Assembly: GCF_001194135.2 (NCBI RefSeq)
Contig: NC_069003.1
Location: forward strand, 31,767,451 to 31,824,168
Length of the DNA: 56,718 nt
Reading direction: 5' to 3'
Source of the DNA: Octopus bimaculoides
Taxonomy: Eukaryota
Part shown: positions 22,042-34,472 of the stretch, in pieces
How the letters are laid out: each line of letters starts with the position of its first letter
How positions within the stretch are numbered: the first letter of the stretch is position 1
Program-made: the position numbers and the translations under genes
The notes under the pieces: model-generated
Databases searched by the model: none
What the model saw: only the letters and a program-made list of their open reading frames with translations
What the model was told of the DNA's origin: nothing

Positions 22042-25000
22042 TGTTTATTTATAAACCAAGTCGGATAGAGGAAAAGAAATATTCCTTGCTTTATGTATTA
22101 GGATAATACAAATATGTATATGAGAAATGATATCATAAGGACGGCAGAATTAAAAATTATGAGAACTTTTATTGCTCGAGTTCAAATTCCACCGAGGTCG
22201 ACCTTGCTTTTCATTTTTTTCAGGGTCAATAAAACATGTACCAGTGAGGTCGAATAATTAACTAGCCCCCGGCCCTGCAAAACTTCAAGGCTTGTGTCTA
22301 TGATAGAAAGAATTATTTTTGTATTTACAACTGTGCAGCAAAATGACAATGTTAATGGATCTATCATAGCCTTGGATTAGCAGACGAATTTCCATTTAAA
22401 ACCAGTCACATCTTTAAAAAAAACCTGATTACTAACAGGTATTCCTGACTGATCTGAGGCTCAATAACTTAAAGCAAGAGCCTCTATGTGATCGTTCGAT
22501 CGTCTAGAAATAGCTGCCAAATCTCCCCTGAACTCACACCATCCTCTCGTTTTAGACTTAAAACACATATTAATGTGGGAACAGGTGCATTGTGTCTGCA
22601 AAATTGATTACCATACGGACTAAGATCAAAGAGGTTTACTCGATCAGGACTTGAAGGCTAAACTAGTTGTTCTCAAATTGACAAAAACCGGCATCCCGTA
22701 AAAGAGAGAGAGAGAGAATGAAATTTTTGGTTCCCCACCCCCAGCGCTTTATTTGAAAACAAAGTCGAGTTTGCACTTTCACAATTCTTTCATTTTCGTC
22801 AAAATGTTGAATAAGTTTACCATGGTTGAAATCTATCTATCTATCTAAACAGCCCCCACCCCACACACTTTACATATCACTTAATACAAAACTGTGCTTT
22901 CTGTAGATCGGTATTTTCTTCTGATATCATGGGCCGCCTGGTGAAAAGCTGACAACCTCCTTAATCGGAGCTGGCCCCATATCAAACCTGAACGAGGCAA
23001 ACCCATAAACAAAGGTACTCCAGCTGCGATATTCCCAGCTTTTATTAAGGCATCGTGAATGCAATGCTTCGGTATCCAGTTTAGTATGAGCTATAAGCTT
23101 CTTTGAGACTGTCACGTAAGATTAAAAGCGAATGTAGCTGCTATTTCTAGCAGGTCGAATAACAACTTATATAATTGTTACTACTGTTGCTTAACTTACG
23201 TTTGATTAAAACAAATCTATGACTAAAGGCTTTCCAACCATGAACATCTCATCTTATTTTCCAAGCATAATTCATCTAGGATTTCATTATCCAATTGTCT
23301 TTTAGAACGGTAAGATGTGATTCAAGGGAGAGATTTAAATGTTATATCCAACACGTCGAACGACCACGTAGTGGCTCCGTTGGTTTGTGAAGGCTGTAGT
23401 TATTATTTAACACCAAGTTTAATCTGATAAAGTAGGCCTGTGATCAAAAACCTTCCAGCCATGCCCATAATCCTTTTCCGGCACGGTGTACTAAGATTCT
23501 AAGATGGGAGCCTGAGATTTAATGAAGAATTGACTGCTCTTTCTAGCAGGTCGTACACTGACGCTTGTGTGAAATACAGTCGTTAGATACGACTCCACCT
23601 TATCAAGCAGATCTATTATCAATGGTGTTCTAGCCGTGACCATCACGCATAGTTTTGTATATCTTTGAATAAATACGTTGTCAGTGCCATTGTTTTTGTT
23701 TCTTTGAGTACGGTAGGGAATGATTGAAGGGAGATTTCTAGTTTCTGGGAGCAGGTCAGAGCGACCGCGTGGAAGCTAACCCCCTTGTCTCCCTAAAAAT
23801 TTGTCAATCTTTGAAGACTGCCCAAAGAAGGAGCAGGGTCTCAGTCTCGTCGCTCGACATGCAAGATATAGCAGCTAAACCTCCCTCAAATTACAGTTAG
23901 ATACACGAAGGCGCACATTGGGTAATGTTATTTTGATACCCTTAAAAACGACGGCCGATCACGGCTGGAATGCATTTAATCATTGGTTTGTTCAACTAGA
24001 GCTCCCGAGCAAGACCAACAGCAACCTAAAGTGGCTCGATTAGCTAGAAATAGCAACAATATCTCTTCCAATAGGAAGACATTAGATATTACAGGCCTGG
24101 GTGTGTTGTGTCGAGGTGAAAGACAACGAGATGGTCACAACTTGAAAATGTCTTTAATCATGGGGCTACTCAACCAGGGTTGACCTGGGGCTAAACGACC
24201 ATTGCAACAACAACAATAACAACAATCTACATGTTATTTTTACAAGCCATGCTGGAATTTTGAATACAATGCTTTAGACAGAAGAAAAACAGAAAGAGAA
24301 AGAAGGTAGAATATTTTCACAAATCCGAGTGGGGTAGTTAAAAGTAAACAGAGAAAGAAAGAAATTCGGCGATGATAAGAATGAATTAGCGCTAATTAGN
24401 NNNNNNNNNAATTTCAAGGGAAACATCGTTGTTTACTTTTTAAATGAAAATATTTTAAATGCAACTAAAGGTATCCAACCTTTCTTAGCAATGTTGTGCA
24501 CAAATCGTCCAGCAGATGTAGTTTGTTGTAAGAAAACCGTTTTAACATTTCGTCCACATTGAACAGAGCGAGACAAACATCGTAAGCCCAACTGGCCAAA
24601 CGGTAGGGTCATTTCTAGAGAGGATCGATGCTCTGTTCGGAAACTTATTACACTTTTTACGTGATTTCACTTCCTCTCCTATCTCTATGTCTCTATCTGT
24701 CTTGACTTTTTGCCTCTCGCTCTCTGCTTTTACTCTTTCTCCGTCTTCCTCTCTCATGTCTATTATTCCCTCCCACTCTTTCCTCTCTCTTCCTCTCTAA
24801 TGTCTATTATTCCCTCCCACTCTTTCCTCTCTTATATCTATTATTCCCTCTCACTCTTCCTCTCTCATGTCTATTATTCCCTCCCACTCTTTCCTCTCTC
24901 TTTATATATCATCATCTTATCGTCTGATCTAACAAGCTTTCTGTTTTTCGACGGAAACTACCGAACTGATTTTCGGCAACTTCCGTCAGTTATACACGTC

Positions 25001-25580
25001 GTCCACTTAAAATTAATAAACTTCGACAATTATAGATCCAATCATATCTAGGATACCTTATAACTCTATCCAACACCTGAGTATTAATTTATTTCATCGA
25101 TTTTAAAAGAGTAAAAGTCAAAATTGACCTCAGCGGGAATGGAACTCCTCAGAATATATAAAAGAGTAAAAGTAACAAGGTACTTTGTTCGATGGTCTAA
25201 CGATTCTCACAATTCACCGTCTGTGTTTGTCAACATGGTCTGGGTTCTTTTAATTCGGGAAGAAAATTAAAATTAATAAAGTAAAAATTAACTGCATAGC
25301 TTCAAACAATAGAATTTGTTCCAAACATTACATTTAGGAAAATATTCGACTTCCGCCCGTTTATGCAAGTACTGAATATGGAAGATAAGGGGTCAGAGGG
25401 GTATTGCACGGCCGAAACTGTTTGACCTTTTATTTTAGTTAATGAGCACGGAAGAAGCTGCAATACCCATGACCTTTGCAAGTCCTCAGAAACCGGTGGA
25501 CTTGATGCCATTTATAGTCCATTTAGACATCTGTTTAATTATGATCGCAAGATCGTGGTTTCGGTTGCCAGACGGAGGCG

Positions 25581-26128
25581 GCGAAATTTTTTTTCCCACG
25601 AGAGTTCCGGACCCCAGTAATGAACTCATTTACATAAAGCCAATCAGAGCTCACATTGATGTTGCCGCCAAGTTAACAAACACACTCTACCAAGTAAACT
25701 CAAGACGAAGAACGGTCTTGTAAGTCGACCGATCGCCAAGCTATGCCTGGTTTTAGAAGGAAAATAGTAATTAGATAGATTTGCATCTATACCTATTATC
25801 GGATTTTGTTAGGGCCCCATATGGTAAAGATGTGGATGGGGAAAATGTGGGTAGAGGGTGGTGTGTTAGCAACCCTCCCCTCTTACTATTTTACAAAGTA
25901 AACAACAACACAAATAACTATGTAGAGGCAGCCATGGTCAAAACAAGAACAACAAGCATCATTAAACTTGAAAAGAAGAATGATCGTTCCTTACCCAAGT
26001 GACCTTATCTTATCGCCGATCACTTGTTATGTGCTCACAAATTAGTTTAATAGTTGAGCTCTGATTGGCTGTATGCAAATGAGTTCAGAACTGGGGTCCG
26101 GAACGCTTGTGAGGAAAACAATTTTGCG
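25581..26128. promoter_or_regulatory. Inverted duplicate of a CCAAT + octamer + CCGGAA cassette in a CpG-enriched region; probable promoter region
   Basis: Arms 25581-25653 and 26055-26128, 46/50 identical in the core. CCAAT at 25640(+) and 26068(-), ATGCAAAT at 26073, its variant ATGTAAAT at 25635-25628, and an extra ATTTGCAT at 25779. It lies upstream of the hydratase gene. Confidence 0.5.
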
Positions 26129-26424
26129 ACAGGGCGGGGCGTTGTGTTTTAGAACAAAAATCAGAAATACTTACACAAGATTTAGATTATATTGGAATTT
26201 GTGAAAAAAAAACTTTTGTGAATAGGAGACGGGTTTCTGAAAATTCACATAAGTCAGTTTTGTTTCCTCAACTTATTTTTCATGAAATTTTCAATAAAAA
26301 TACCTTTAAGAGTCTATAGGTTACGATTATATCGAAATTTAATATATGAAAGNNNNNNNNNNNNNNNNNNNNNNNNNNNNNNNNNNNNNNNNNNNNNNNN
26401 NNNNNNNNNNNNNNNNNNNNNNNN

Positions 26425-26640
26425 ATATACATGTGTATGTGTTGTGTATCTGTGTTTGTCCCCCAACATCGCTTGACAACCGATGCTGGTGTGTTTAGGT
26501 CCCCGTAACTTAGCGGTTCGGCATACGAGACCGACAGAATAAGTACTAGGCTTACAGAGAATAAGTCCTGGGGTCGACTTGATTCGACTAAAGGTGGTGC
26601 TCCAGCATGGCCGCAGTCAAATGACTGAAACAAGTAAAAG
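26425..26640 (+). mobile_element. SINE family B, 3' half
   Basis: TTTGTCCCC..ATCGCTTGACAACCGATGCTGG..CAGTCAAATGACTGAAACAAGTAAAAG. Confidence 0.8.
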
Positions 26641-27130
26641 AAGAAGATGTAAAGGGAGATAACTACCACACTCCCATTATTTATATACCACATTATTATA
26701 GATGTGTAACTTTCTTACCAATCGGGGACTTCTAAGACTTGGCAGTTTTACCTCGAGTCAGCGGGAAAACTTCTACGTATTCGCTGGGTCAGTTCCAATT
26801 TAGCAACGATATATCCCCCCAAATCCCCCATATCTGTCTTCAGAGAAAAAGCGGATAATGTGGTTTAAAAAGACGATCATGATCGGAATACTGTCTAAAA
26901 ATGTCTGCTTTCGTTGAGTGTTTTAATATTAACACCGACAGCAATAAATACCCATCTCTGTCAAGTGAACACTACTCTAACACTGACAAGTTAGAAATAT
27001 TTCTCTATTTAACATAATCTAAAATGGATTCAGCATGTTCCTGAGAACACTGACAGATTTTGCGTTAGGGGAGATAACTTATGCTTGGCTTAATTATAAA
27101 CACTTGAAGTCGTTTTATTGGAAGATTTTA

Positions 27131-27335
27131 TTGGGTTGGTGCATAATTATTGCGGCTTTTTTCAACAAAAACAATAACAATATTTAACAAAAACATCTCT
27201 AAATGACGATCTGACCGCCTGCCAAGCAAACGAGAAGCATTAATTGAAGTAGATGGTGAATATGCTCCGGAATAATTATTTAAAGTTGTCATTGTTTTTG
27301 TTGAAAAAAGCCGCAATAATTATGCACCAACCCAA
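27131..27335 (+). mobile_element. Internally deleted mariner element (MITE) with TA target duplication
   Basis: 45-nt perfect TIR TTGGGTTGGTGCATAATTATTGCGGC.., TA at 27129-27130 and 27336-27337. The interior keeps the transposase C-terminus RLPSKREALIEVDGEYAPE*. Confidence 0.9.
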
Positions 27336-27339
27336 TACC

Positions 27340-27857
27340 GTACGACATCCAACTGGCCACCAACAACCTACGTTGCTGTCATCCGACTTGAGGGCCTGTC
27401 CTCACTGCCCACCACCGTCAGGCATGTCTACCGTGGGCTACACAGCACCGACATTGGCAGCATCAACAATGGAGGTTGGTAGCCTTCTCTGACAAGAGCC
27501 GGTGCTGCATTTCCACCTCGGATGGCAGAGTGAGGATGTGGTGTAGGAGGGGTGAACTCTACAGAGAGACATGTGTCATGGAGAGAGATGCATGGGGTGG
27601 CCAAAGCATCATGGTTGGGGGTCCTATAAGGCCTGAATCAGAGAATTGAGCCCCATGTTTTCCAAAATGTTGGTACAGGCAGAGGGGATGGCATCATAGC
27701 ACAGCACTATGTTGACCAGATCCTAAGACCTCACATCATGCCCTTCTTCGCACGTCACCAGCAGGACGATGCTCCCTCCCATATGGCCAGGGTCACCATG
27801 GACTTCCTGCGTCAGCACCACGCCAGAACCATTCCATGGCCGGCTCTCAGCCAGGAT
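27340..27857 (+). pseudogene. Decayed Tc1 DDE transposase fragment
   Basis: Frameshifted translation GPVLTAHHRQACLPWATQHRHWQHQQWRLVAFSDKSR..DGRVRMWCRRGE..WGGQSIMV ... QQDDAPSHMARVTMDFLRQHHARTIPWPALSQD matches the Tc1 motifs FSDESRF, QQDNARPH and WPAxSPD. Confidence 0.9.
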
Positions 27858-29437
27858 GTGATGTTGTAGCTAGGACACTCTATAATGAAATCTGTCAGAA
27901 GGATAGCCCTGAAGACAAAGAAATAAGAACCCACAGTATGGTAGAAGCCATAGCCACTCATAATAAAAAGGCGTACTGGTGGAATGTCCCAGTGAAGCAC
28001 AACAGACCCGATATAATGATTTGAGATAGAGAAGAGAAATTGACTGACAATTATGTGGTTGCAAACTTTGCTTTTGTGTTTCCATTAAAAAAAAGATGGG
28101 CAGAGGATATTCCACTAATATTTTGGGAGGCAGGGGCCGGCATTTATCAGTTTGAAAACTACTGTATTAGCCCGCAAGCAAAGGATAGACTAGTTTTGTT
28201 CCTCTCATCTTTAATATTGACTTTGACCTTGTGTATACAGTTATATATGTTGCTCTGAACTTTTCAGTTGACCTTTAAAGGAGGAGGAGGAGTATGAGGA
28301 GGGTGGAGGATTGTGTGGGGAGAGAAGGAGGAGGAGGAGGAGGAAGAAGAAAAGGAGTAAGGGTTATGCATCTATTTATGTCACTGATTAAACCGAACTT
28401 ACTTTGCATCGCTCTGTTTATTATCAGTAAATGGAAACAGATTTGTGTAAGACTCTCACACTTCTAGACATACGTGCATACATACACTGATAGACATGAG
28501 CACATAGACATACAGGGACAGACAAATAAATACCAATACTTGCACACACACACACGCACTGCACACATGTATTCATACACATATGCATGTATACATGTAT
28601 ACACAAACACACACACACATACAGACACACGTACACACACACATAGACGTATATGTATGAATGTATATATTCATATATATATATAAATGCACACACACAC
28701 GCTTTTATTGATAATACTTTTTATCTTCAGATACCCGTTGATATTTGTCTTCCACCCTGATTACATTTAGAAATCCATAATCTTGTTGTGGGTTGCCCCC
28801 CTATAGCTGAGCTAATAATGGAAACTCTACATATGTGCTCCCGACAAGAAATGGCAGCCAAATCTCACTTAAATCACATCCTGTTTTCTTGGAAAAAGTA
28901 TCATCATCATCATCATCGTTGTTGTCATTTAACACCTGTTTTTCCATGCTGGCATGGGTTGGCTGGTTTAACAGGAGCCAGCAAGCTAGAGGAATGTGCC
29001 AAGCTCCAATGTCTGCTTTGGCAAGGTTTCTATAGCTGAATGCTCTTCCTAATGCCAACCACCTCACAGAGTGTAATGCGTTCTTTTTACAAGTGAGGTC
29101 ACCAAGAAATTCACAAGATAAGACTCCTCAATTGATGAAGGTTTTGTCTTGCAAATTATTTGATGATATCACTTGTGCCGGTGCCCCATTGGATAAAAGA
29201 AATAGATGGAATGGTCTGAAATGGAACATTTTTTATCATAGTTATTCTCAATCAAGGCTGACAAAGAGCAACACAGCAGTAGAGCACTTGATCTGCCAAA
29301 CAGATTTTCCTATAGAGTGCCTTATCTAAAGTTTAAAAATTCAGCATTCATAAGACTTATGGTGTTAGATATGTTAATGCAGGCATTATTTTTGTTGCTT
29401 AGTCAGGGGGAAAGTTAAAGCTTATGATCCTTTATAG

Positions 29438-29516
29438 CAGGGATCCTCAAACATTGAGCCTCAGACCAGTACAGGTCCATGGATCATTTGGTACTGGGCC
29501 ACACAGAAAGAGTATA
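29438..29516 (+). mobile_element. Possible hAT (Charlie/MER1-like) terminus remnant
   Basis: CAGGGATCCTCAAAC..GACCAGTACAGGTCCATGG..GGTACTGGGCCACACAG resembles, from recall, the CAGGGGTCCCCAAC..GGACCGGTACCGGTCCGTGG..GGGCCGCACAG end of hAT elements. Confidence 0.4.
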
Positions 29517-32352
29517 TTTGAAAATCCTATTTCTATTTCATTGACTATCACTGTCTGCAAAGTGTTTTTGCATTATATATGTATTATATAAAGTAATATA
29601 TATACACATATATTATAAGGCAGGGAGCAGGCAGGATTGTTACCATGCCGGGCAAAATGCTTCGCATCATTTCATCCATCTTTATGTTCCGAGTTCAAAT
29701 TCCACCAAAGTCAACATTGTCTTTCATCCTTTCAGGATTGATAAGCTAAGTACCGGTTCACCATTACCATCTCTTGAGAGACCAATAGAATAAGTACAAG
29801 GCTTACACAGAATAAGTCCTGGGGTCGATTTGCTCGACTAAAGGCAGTGCTCCAGCATGACCGCAGTCAAATGACTGAAACAAATAAAAGAATAAAAGAA
29901 TATGGAAAGTAAAGAACTAAATGGTACTCAATAGATTCAAATTAATACACTTCTAAAGCAGGGTCTGTTTGATATTTATTAATCCATTTAAAGTTCTTAA
30001 AATATATCATACTATACCATGTATAATGTTTAAAGGATGAAAATTAAATGACGGAAAGTAAAGAACAAAATTTTATTTAACAGATACAAGCATGAATTAC
30101 TACAATTCTAAATCTGAGTATGTTTAATTTTTATCAGTATACTTTAAAAAAGTAAAGAACAAAAATTGTTTTTAATATATCAAATGCAAATAACTTCAAA
30201 AACAAGGTCTGTTTACTCAATTGAGGTGCTGTATGTTGCACAGTTTTGCATAGAATTCACAGATTCCTGGAAATACCAGATTTCTGGAAGCCAGATAACA
30301 GGTCTGGTATTATATTAATATTCATTTGCTTCTTATATTCATTTCATCAAGATATTTACCAAACATTTATAAGTCTTCTCATGAGATCAAATCAGAAGTA
30401 AAATGTCAGTTCATAACACTTCACAATTTTCTGAGGTGGAACAAGCAGGCACTTCATCTTGACTCACAGAACAATGCTATCACTAAGCTATTCAAATATA
30501 CTTGATATATTACTAATAATTCCTCCAGCTCTTCATGTTCTGAGTTCAAATCCTGCTGAGGTCAACTTTACCTTTCATCCTTCCTGCATCAATGAAAACG
30601 ATTTCCCCCTGAATATTAATATACTTCAGTAATTTCCTGATTCAAAATGACTAATAATTTGGATTTCTTACATAAGAAACTATAGCAGCTGTTTCAGTTA
30701 TACTACTAAATTGAAATGATTGCTTCATGGAAGACACGTTAGTCATTCAAAAATGTACAAAGACTGTTGAATATCCTTAAACATTAATTATTTATTTGGT
30801 GTCAAAATCTTCATCACACAAACTGTGACCCGGTCTAATAATGATTTCAAATTTTTGTCACAAGGGCAGCTTGGAGGATGAGATTAAGTTGATTACATCG
30901 ACCTCGGTGTGTAACTGGTACTTATTTAATCAACCTTGAAAGGATGAAAGGAAAAATCAACCTCAGCGGAATTTGAACTCAGAGCGTAGTGGCAGACGAA
31001 ATACCACTAAGCATTTTGCCTGGCATGCTAACGGTTCTGCCAGCTCACCACCTTGACCTGGTCTAATAATAAGATTGAACTTGCTAATAAATTATTTGTT
31101 TTATGAGAACTTTCATAGCATTCAAAGCTGTCGAGCTTTGAAAAAAAATTTTTGATAATCTTATGATATATTCACTGCTTTTTATCTTGACAAAAAAACC
31201 AGCAACATGATTGAGTTTAAGAATCAGAGATAAGTTTTCTTGTGGTGTTAAAACATAAAGTAAAAGACTATAATTCCCAAAACTACCATATGGTATGAAG
31301 AAGAGTCAGGAAATGATTCTTTTATTTCCAGAATTGCTAATGATGATAATTATCCACAATTACTGACAATGGCAAATCATGGCCTCAAAGCCATTAATTC
31401 AAAAAATCGCGAGTGTTTATCTAATGGTAATAATTGCTTTTCTCTTGCCAACTTTTTTTTACAGCTATCAGTACTTTGAAAAATGAAACTTGAGAGGATG
31501 AGGATTTAAACGAGAATCCTTTGGCATCCATTCAAGCAAGACACAAAAAGCAACAATCTTCACAACAAATTAAGGTGTAGGTTTAGTTCTGTGGAAAATC
31601 ATATCCTTGGCATCTTAGCTATTCTGCACAGCTGGTTTTGACATTTATAAGGACATTTTGAAGATGTTTGCCAATACTAAGGACAGCTATTACGAAAGAC
31701 TAGTAAACATTTCAATGACTTGTCACAAGAGTCTGTTTACTAGAATATCTTGTATATTCATTAATCAGCTTAAGTCCTGGTAGACATTTAGTATCAAGTC
31801 AATCTATTTATGCATAATGTATCGATAATTAATTCTAGTAACTAAGTCATTTGTAAGACTTGGCATTGATTTCAAGGATCTCATTACATTGTTATAAATG
31901 CTACTTTATTTTATGTTATTGTATTGTCGTAAGTATTACTGCAAGATCAGCAACTAAATGCTGCTTGAATTTATATATATATTGCGATATCATATGTATT
32001 ACAAAAATCTGGAAAACAAAATAAAAATTGATCATATATATATATATATATATATATATGCCTGTCTATCTATCTATCTGCTTATACATCTTCCATTGTC
32101 TCCAAAGCCTCACCCCAAAAAAACAAAAAAACAAAACAATGTTCTGTTATAAACAAAACCCCCCAAAACACGTGTTTTATATAATTAAGCAAGATCTCTG
32201 TATTTTCACAGAATTATATTTGACAAGTTCGAAAGACAAACGAAAGCGCTAATATATGTATAAAATAAATGAAAGAAGTTATTCCAAAATTCTGACGACT
32301 TTTTTTTTCAATATTTACTTCTGTACATCACACCTAACACTCTACACACATA

Positions 32353-32507
32353 TCATCATCATCATCATCATCGTTTAACGTCCGCTTTCCATGCTAGCAT
32401 GGGTTGGACGATTTGACTGAGGACTGGTGCAACCGGATGGCTACACCAGGCTCCAATCTAATTTGGCAGAGTTTCTACAGCTGGATGCCCTTCCTAACGC
32501 CAACCAC
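32353..32507 (-). mobile_element. Retroposon 3' module with (GAT)n tail (family C)
   Basis: Reverse complement of 12918-13072 with few substitutions. Confidence 0.85.
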
Positions 32508-32708
32508 GTGAATTGTCGCCAAATCATAATGTACATTTCAAAAACTAGTTTTGTATCTGAAATCAGCACCCAAAATTAGGCTAAAACGACCATTTTTATG
32601 TTTGCCTCAATTTCTTTGTAAACCAGTGTTATCAAGCAAACAGGAGTGTCTTTACACGGTGGCTCAAAATAGCAGGTAGATTCTCTTTCAAACTGCACCT
32701 TACTGCCA

Positions 32709-32926
32709 TTAACCTTTAGCATTCAGATTACTCCATCAAATGTAAAGCTTATTTATTCACATTGAGTTGAATTAGTCATGAATTATCTCATAGTTTCAAG
32801 ATTTCGATGGTGTGAATCTTTATTTTTAGAATTACATTGTGGGTGTGAGAGGTCAGATTTGGTTAGTTTAAACGTAAAACAGAACATTTGGACCAGATGT
32901 GGGTGGTTCAAATTCTAAAGGGATGA
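32709..32926 (-). mobile_element. TTAA piggyBac-like MITE (about 225 bp family)
   Basis: TTAACCTTTAGCATTC..CTAAAGGG. It is the reverse of the copies at 43196, 50376 and 52225. Confidence 0.65.
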
Positions 32927-32943
32927 ACTAACAACTTTTAACC

Positions 32944-33241
32944 AGTAACGATTATTTACCAACATAACATGGCAGTCCTGGTTCTGGACGAATGTTGCTG
33001 TAATTTAGCCCCAGGAGACATCGTCTCCAGCTGGCTATATAATACGATCTGTGTCTTTATATTTTCGAAAATATAAGGAGACAGATCGCGTCGTATAGCC
33101 AGCTGGAGACAATGTCTCCTGGGGCTAAGGACACAGATCGTGTTGTATAGCCAGCTGGAAAAGATGTCTCCTGGGGCTAAATTACAGCAATATTCGTCCT
33201 AAACCAGGACTGCCATGTTATGTTGGCAAATAATCTTTACT
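32944..33241. mobile_element. Foldback (palindromic) element with a 52-bp duplication in the right arm
   Basis: Axis at 33066/33067 (TATTTTC|GAAAATA). Left arm 32944-33066 pairs with the right arm. Units 33077-33128 and 33129-33180 are tandem copies. A half copy lies near 36165-36270. Confidence 0.85.
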
Positions 33242-33780
33242 CCAAAGTACTGTTGCTGAATATCTCTCGTTGTGAGATTTACAAATAGTAATTTTCTAGC
33301 TTTTAACCAGTATAATAATCCTCTTCAACTAAACTTGTCTTTTCTAATACATGGTTATCAGGTAAATTTATCATACTACAGTAAACTAGTAGCATTATTT
33401 ATAATAATTTTGTCCCACTGGTTTAATTTATCAAGTCTAGTGTAGGACACTTGATAAGAGAGACTGATTACAGTTCCCTTCCAGGACTATTTTTGTGATT
33501 TGCTACCATTCAGTCTCATCTCATTGTCTGCATAGAGTTGATATCTATACCTCTATTTAATTCTTCTTTTCACACCTCCCCTCTTCTACTGTGATTTATC
33601 AATAACTTCTCCTCTTCCCTCACACTATCCCTCCTTATATACATACCCACATGCTTTTGAACTTTAAGCCACTCTTTTTCCATCACCTTAATCTCTCTTT
33701 ATATCTCTCTCTACTGATGCATCTTTAACACATCATTATCTCTCCCTCAACCCTTAAATATATATATATATGTATATATA

Positions 33781-33994
33781 CTCTTTTTACTCCTTTACTT
33801 GTTTTAGTCATTTGACTGCGGCCATGCTGGAGCACCGCCTTTTAGTCGAATCAAATCGACCCCAGGACTTATTCTTTGGAAGCCTAGTACTTATTCTATC
33901 GATCTCTTTTGCCAAACCGCTAAGTTACGGGACGTAAACACGCCAGCATCGGTTGTCAAGCGATGGTGGGGGGGACAAACACAGACACAAACAT

Positions 33995-34035
<41 letters not shown>

Positions 34036-34200
34036 TACGACGGGCTTCTTTCAGTTTCCGTCTACCAAATCCACTCACAAGGCTTTGGTCGGCCCGAGGC
34101 TATAGTAGAAGACACTTGCCCAAGGTGCCACTCAGTGGGACTGAATCCGGAACCATGTGGTTGGTAAGCAAGCTACTTACCACACAGCCACTCCTGCACC
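33781..34200 (-). mobile_element. Full-length tRNA-derived SINE family B with internal (TA/TG)n microsatellite
   Basis: Head GGTGCAGGAGTGGCTGTGTGGTAAG..GGTTCCGGATTCAGTCC, CORE-like GGCACCTTGGGCAAGTGTC, microsatellite, tail ..GACTAAAACAAGTAAAGGAGTA. Other copies near 16230, 35130, 38030 and 53505. Confidence 0.85.
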
Positions 34201-34472
34201 TATAATAATAATAATCTTTTCTACTCTAGGCACAAGGCCTGAAATTTTTGAGGAGGAGGCCAGTCGATTAGATTGACCGCAGTATGCAACTGGTACTTAA
34301 TTTATTGACCCCGAAAGAATGAAAGGCAAAGTCAACCTTCAAAATAGAATAATATTAAACATTATAAATATTGATTTGTGAAACAGAAAAGAAACAAGTT
34401 CATCACAGTAAGTGAGCGTGTTTTCGTTTTTTGATTCAAAGGTCAAGTGATCCTGTATTAACTTTCCTGTAG

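Noticed and set aside
25302-25723. ORFs 25302-25511(-) and 25442-25723(+) as real proteins
   Set aside because: No recognisable family, and they overlap each other and the regulatory-looking cassette. The minus one has no convincing phase-1 donor.
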